A stretch of 64,000 nucleotides of DNA. Source: Squalus acanthias (taxonomy: Eukaryota). The stretch lies in assembly GCA_030390025.1 (NCBI GenBank), contig CM059431.1, positions 155,436,001 to 155,500,000 on the forward strand. The letters are read 5' to 3'. Numbering within the stretch: position 1 is the stretch's first letter; every line of letters starts with the position of its first letter. Positions 61,690-64,000 of the stretch are shown piece by piece. Position numbers and translations under genes: made by a program. A model generated the notes under the pieces. The model was not told where the DNA came from. It made no database searches and saw nothing but the letters and a program-made list of their open reading frames with translations.

Positions 61690-64000
61690 GGACAAAAGAA
61701 TATAAGAACATAAGAAATAGGAGCAGGATTAGGACAATTGGCACCTCGAGCCTGCTCCGCCATTCAATAAGATCATGGCTGATCTGATCCTAACCGCCAA
61801 TCTACTATCACAGAACCATCTCCTGAACCTAACATAATTGGACACACGAAATAGGAGGAGGATCAGGCTACACGGCCCCTGGGCCCAAAACGCTACCCAC
61901 AGGGCCATGACCGATCCGAACCTAGACTCATGTCCAAATTCCTGCCCGCTCCCCGTAACCCTTAATTCCCTTTACTTCCAGGAAACTGTCTATTTCTGTT
62001 TTAAATTTATGTAATGATGTAGCTTCTACAGCTTTTTGGGCCAGCATATTCCATGGACCTACCACCCTCTGAGTGAAGTAGTTCCTTCTCATCTCAGTAT
62101 TGAAAGAGCAGCCCCTAATTATAAGACTATGCCCCCTAGTTCTAGTTTCACCCATCATCGGAACGTCCTCCCCGCATCCACCCGATCCAACCCCTTCACA
62201 ATCTTATATGTTTCAATAAGATCGCCTCTCATTCTTCTGAACTCCAATGAGTATAGTCCCAATCTACCCAACCTCTCCTCAAATGTCCATCCCCTCATCC
62301 CCGGGATTAACCGAGTGAACCTTCTTTGTACTGAGTCGAGAGCAAGTATGTACTTTCTTAAGTATGGACACCAAAACTGTATGCGATATTCCAGGTGCGG
62401 TCTCACCAATACCCTGTACAACTGAAGCAATACCTCCCTATTTTTATATTCTATCCCCACAGCAATGAAAGCCAACATTCCATTGGACATATTAATCACA
62501 TGCTGCACCTGCATACTAACCTTTTGAGTTTCGTGTACCAGGACCCCCAGATCCCTTTGTATTGCATTACTTTCCAGTTTCTTGCCATTAAGATAATAAC
62601 TTGCTCTACTATTTTTCCTGCCAAAGTGCATAACCTCACACTTTACAGTGTTGTATTCCATCTGCCAAATCTCTGCCCACTTACTTAGCCTGTCTATGTC
62701 CACTTGCAGATTTTTTATGTCCTACTCACTCATTACTTTCCCTCCCATCTTAATATCATCTGCAAACTTTGATATGTTACAATCGGTCCCCTCCTCCATA
62801 TCGTTAATATAGATTGTCAAGAGTTGGGGAGCCAGCACTTACCCCTGCGGAACACCACTAGTTACTGATTGTAAGTCTGAGAATGAACTATTTATCCCAA
62901 CTCTCTGCCTTCTGTTAGATAGCCAATTCTTTATCCATGCCAGAATATTACCCCCAATCCCTTGATTTTTTTATCTTAAGCAATAATCTTTTGTGTGGCA
63001 CCTTGTCAAATGCCTTTTGGAAGTCTAAATACACCACATCCACTGGTTCCTCTTTATCCACCCTGTATGTTACTTCCTCAAAGATCTCCATAAAATTTGT
63101 CAAACATGACTTCCCCTTCATAAAACCATGCTGACTTTGTCCTATTAAATTATGATTATCCAAATGTCCCGTTACTGTTTCCTTAATAATGGACTCCAAA
63201 ATATTTCCTACCACAGATGTTAGGCTAACCGGTCTATAGTTTCCAGCCTTTGTCTACTGCCCTTTTTAAATAAGAGTGTTACATTAGCAGTTTTCCAGTC
63301 TGCCGGGATCTTTGCTGAGTCCATGGAGTTTTGGAAAATTATTACCAATGCATCCACAATCCCTACCGCCACTTCCCTCAAGACCCTAGGATGTAAGCCA
63401 TCAGGTCCAGGTCACTTATCCGCCTTGAGTCCAATTATTTTACCCAGTACCACTTCCTTAGTGATTTTGATTGTGTTTAGCTCCTCCCACCCTATAGCCC
63501 CCTGTTTGTCCAGTGTTGGGATATTCTTATTTTCCTCTAGTGTAAAGGCTGATACAAAATATTCATTCAGTGTATTTGCCATCTCCATATTTCCCACCAT
63601 TAATTTTCCGGTCTCATCCTCTAAGGGACCAACATTTACTTTAGCCACCCTTTTTCTTTTTATATAACTATAAATAATTTTTACTGTCTTTTTTTATAAT
63701 TTTTGCTAATTTACTTTCATAATTTATCTTCCCTTTCTTAAACAATCTTTTTGTTATTTTTTGCTGTCTTTTAAAGTTTTTCCAATCCTCTATTCTCCCA
63801 CTAGATTTGGCTACCTTATAAACCCTTGTTTTTAATCGAATACTATCCTTAATGTCTTTACTTAGCCACGGATGACTGTCTTTTCTTTTACAGCCTTTTC
63901 TTCTCAGTGGAATATATATTTTTTGGAAGTTGTAATATAACTCCTCAAATGTACACCACTGATCATGTATCGTCTTACCCTTTAATCTATTTTCCCAATC
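61690..64000 (-). mobile_element. CR1 LINE ORF2/3' end inserted in the A7->B7 intron, running off the window
   Basis: ORFs 62948..63214 ([24 protein letters not shown]), 62155..62703 and 61928..62158; aagaacat tail. Confidence 0.92.

Larger units (their letters stand above)
17487..61690. repeat. Young tandem array of a ~4.6 kb genomic unit (exon A + intron + exon B + intron), at least 6.5 copies, expanded by intronic TE insertions; continues past the window end
   Basis: Near-identical anchors recur: cataag|gtatgttt at 18387, 22794, 32993, 37055, 41642, 50235, 60386 and gaag|gttagtgg at 21549, 31760, 35828, 40418, 49005, 54356. Confidence 0.97.

Noticed and set aside
17487..61690. Array as seven separate small CARD-only genes
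   Set aside because: No in-frame start in exon A (its ATG is out of frame) and every B ends in a conserved phase-1 donor matching A; disfavoured but not excluded without transcripts

Overview
Eukaryotic, repeat-rich vertebrate DNA. The CR1/L2/Penelope repeat complement and the encoded domain suggest a cartilaginous fish (inference). The ORF track is dominated by CR1 LINE fragments, but by-hand reading reveals the interior of a large, intron-rich + strand gene built by tandem exon duplication. From about 17.5 kb to the window end, a ~4.6 kb genomic unit occurs at least 6.5 times. Each unit carries exon A (170 nt, phase 1->0) and exon B (199 nt, phase 0->1), which splice into a 123-aa helical death-fold/CARD-like module resembling the N-terminal domain of chondrichthyan NACHT-LRR proteins. 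All 13 A/B exons are free of stops and frameshifts. Upstream (0.9-6.1 kb) lies an older array of five phase-compatible exons (X1-Y1-X2-Y2-X3), and Y is a diverged homologue of A. All 18 exons join into one uninterrupted reading frame of 3144 nt (1048 codons); start and stop lie outside the window. The array shows a period-3 higher-order duplication marked by a shared CR1 insertion. Introns hold nested CR1s, a full-length CR1 with a 73-bp monomer 5' UTR, Penelope pieces with hammerhead-ribozyme motifs, a palindromic MITE and a decayed ~34-bp minisatellite. The gene model rests on splice signals and frame conservation only; no transcript evidence is available here.
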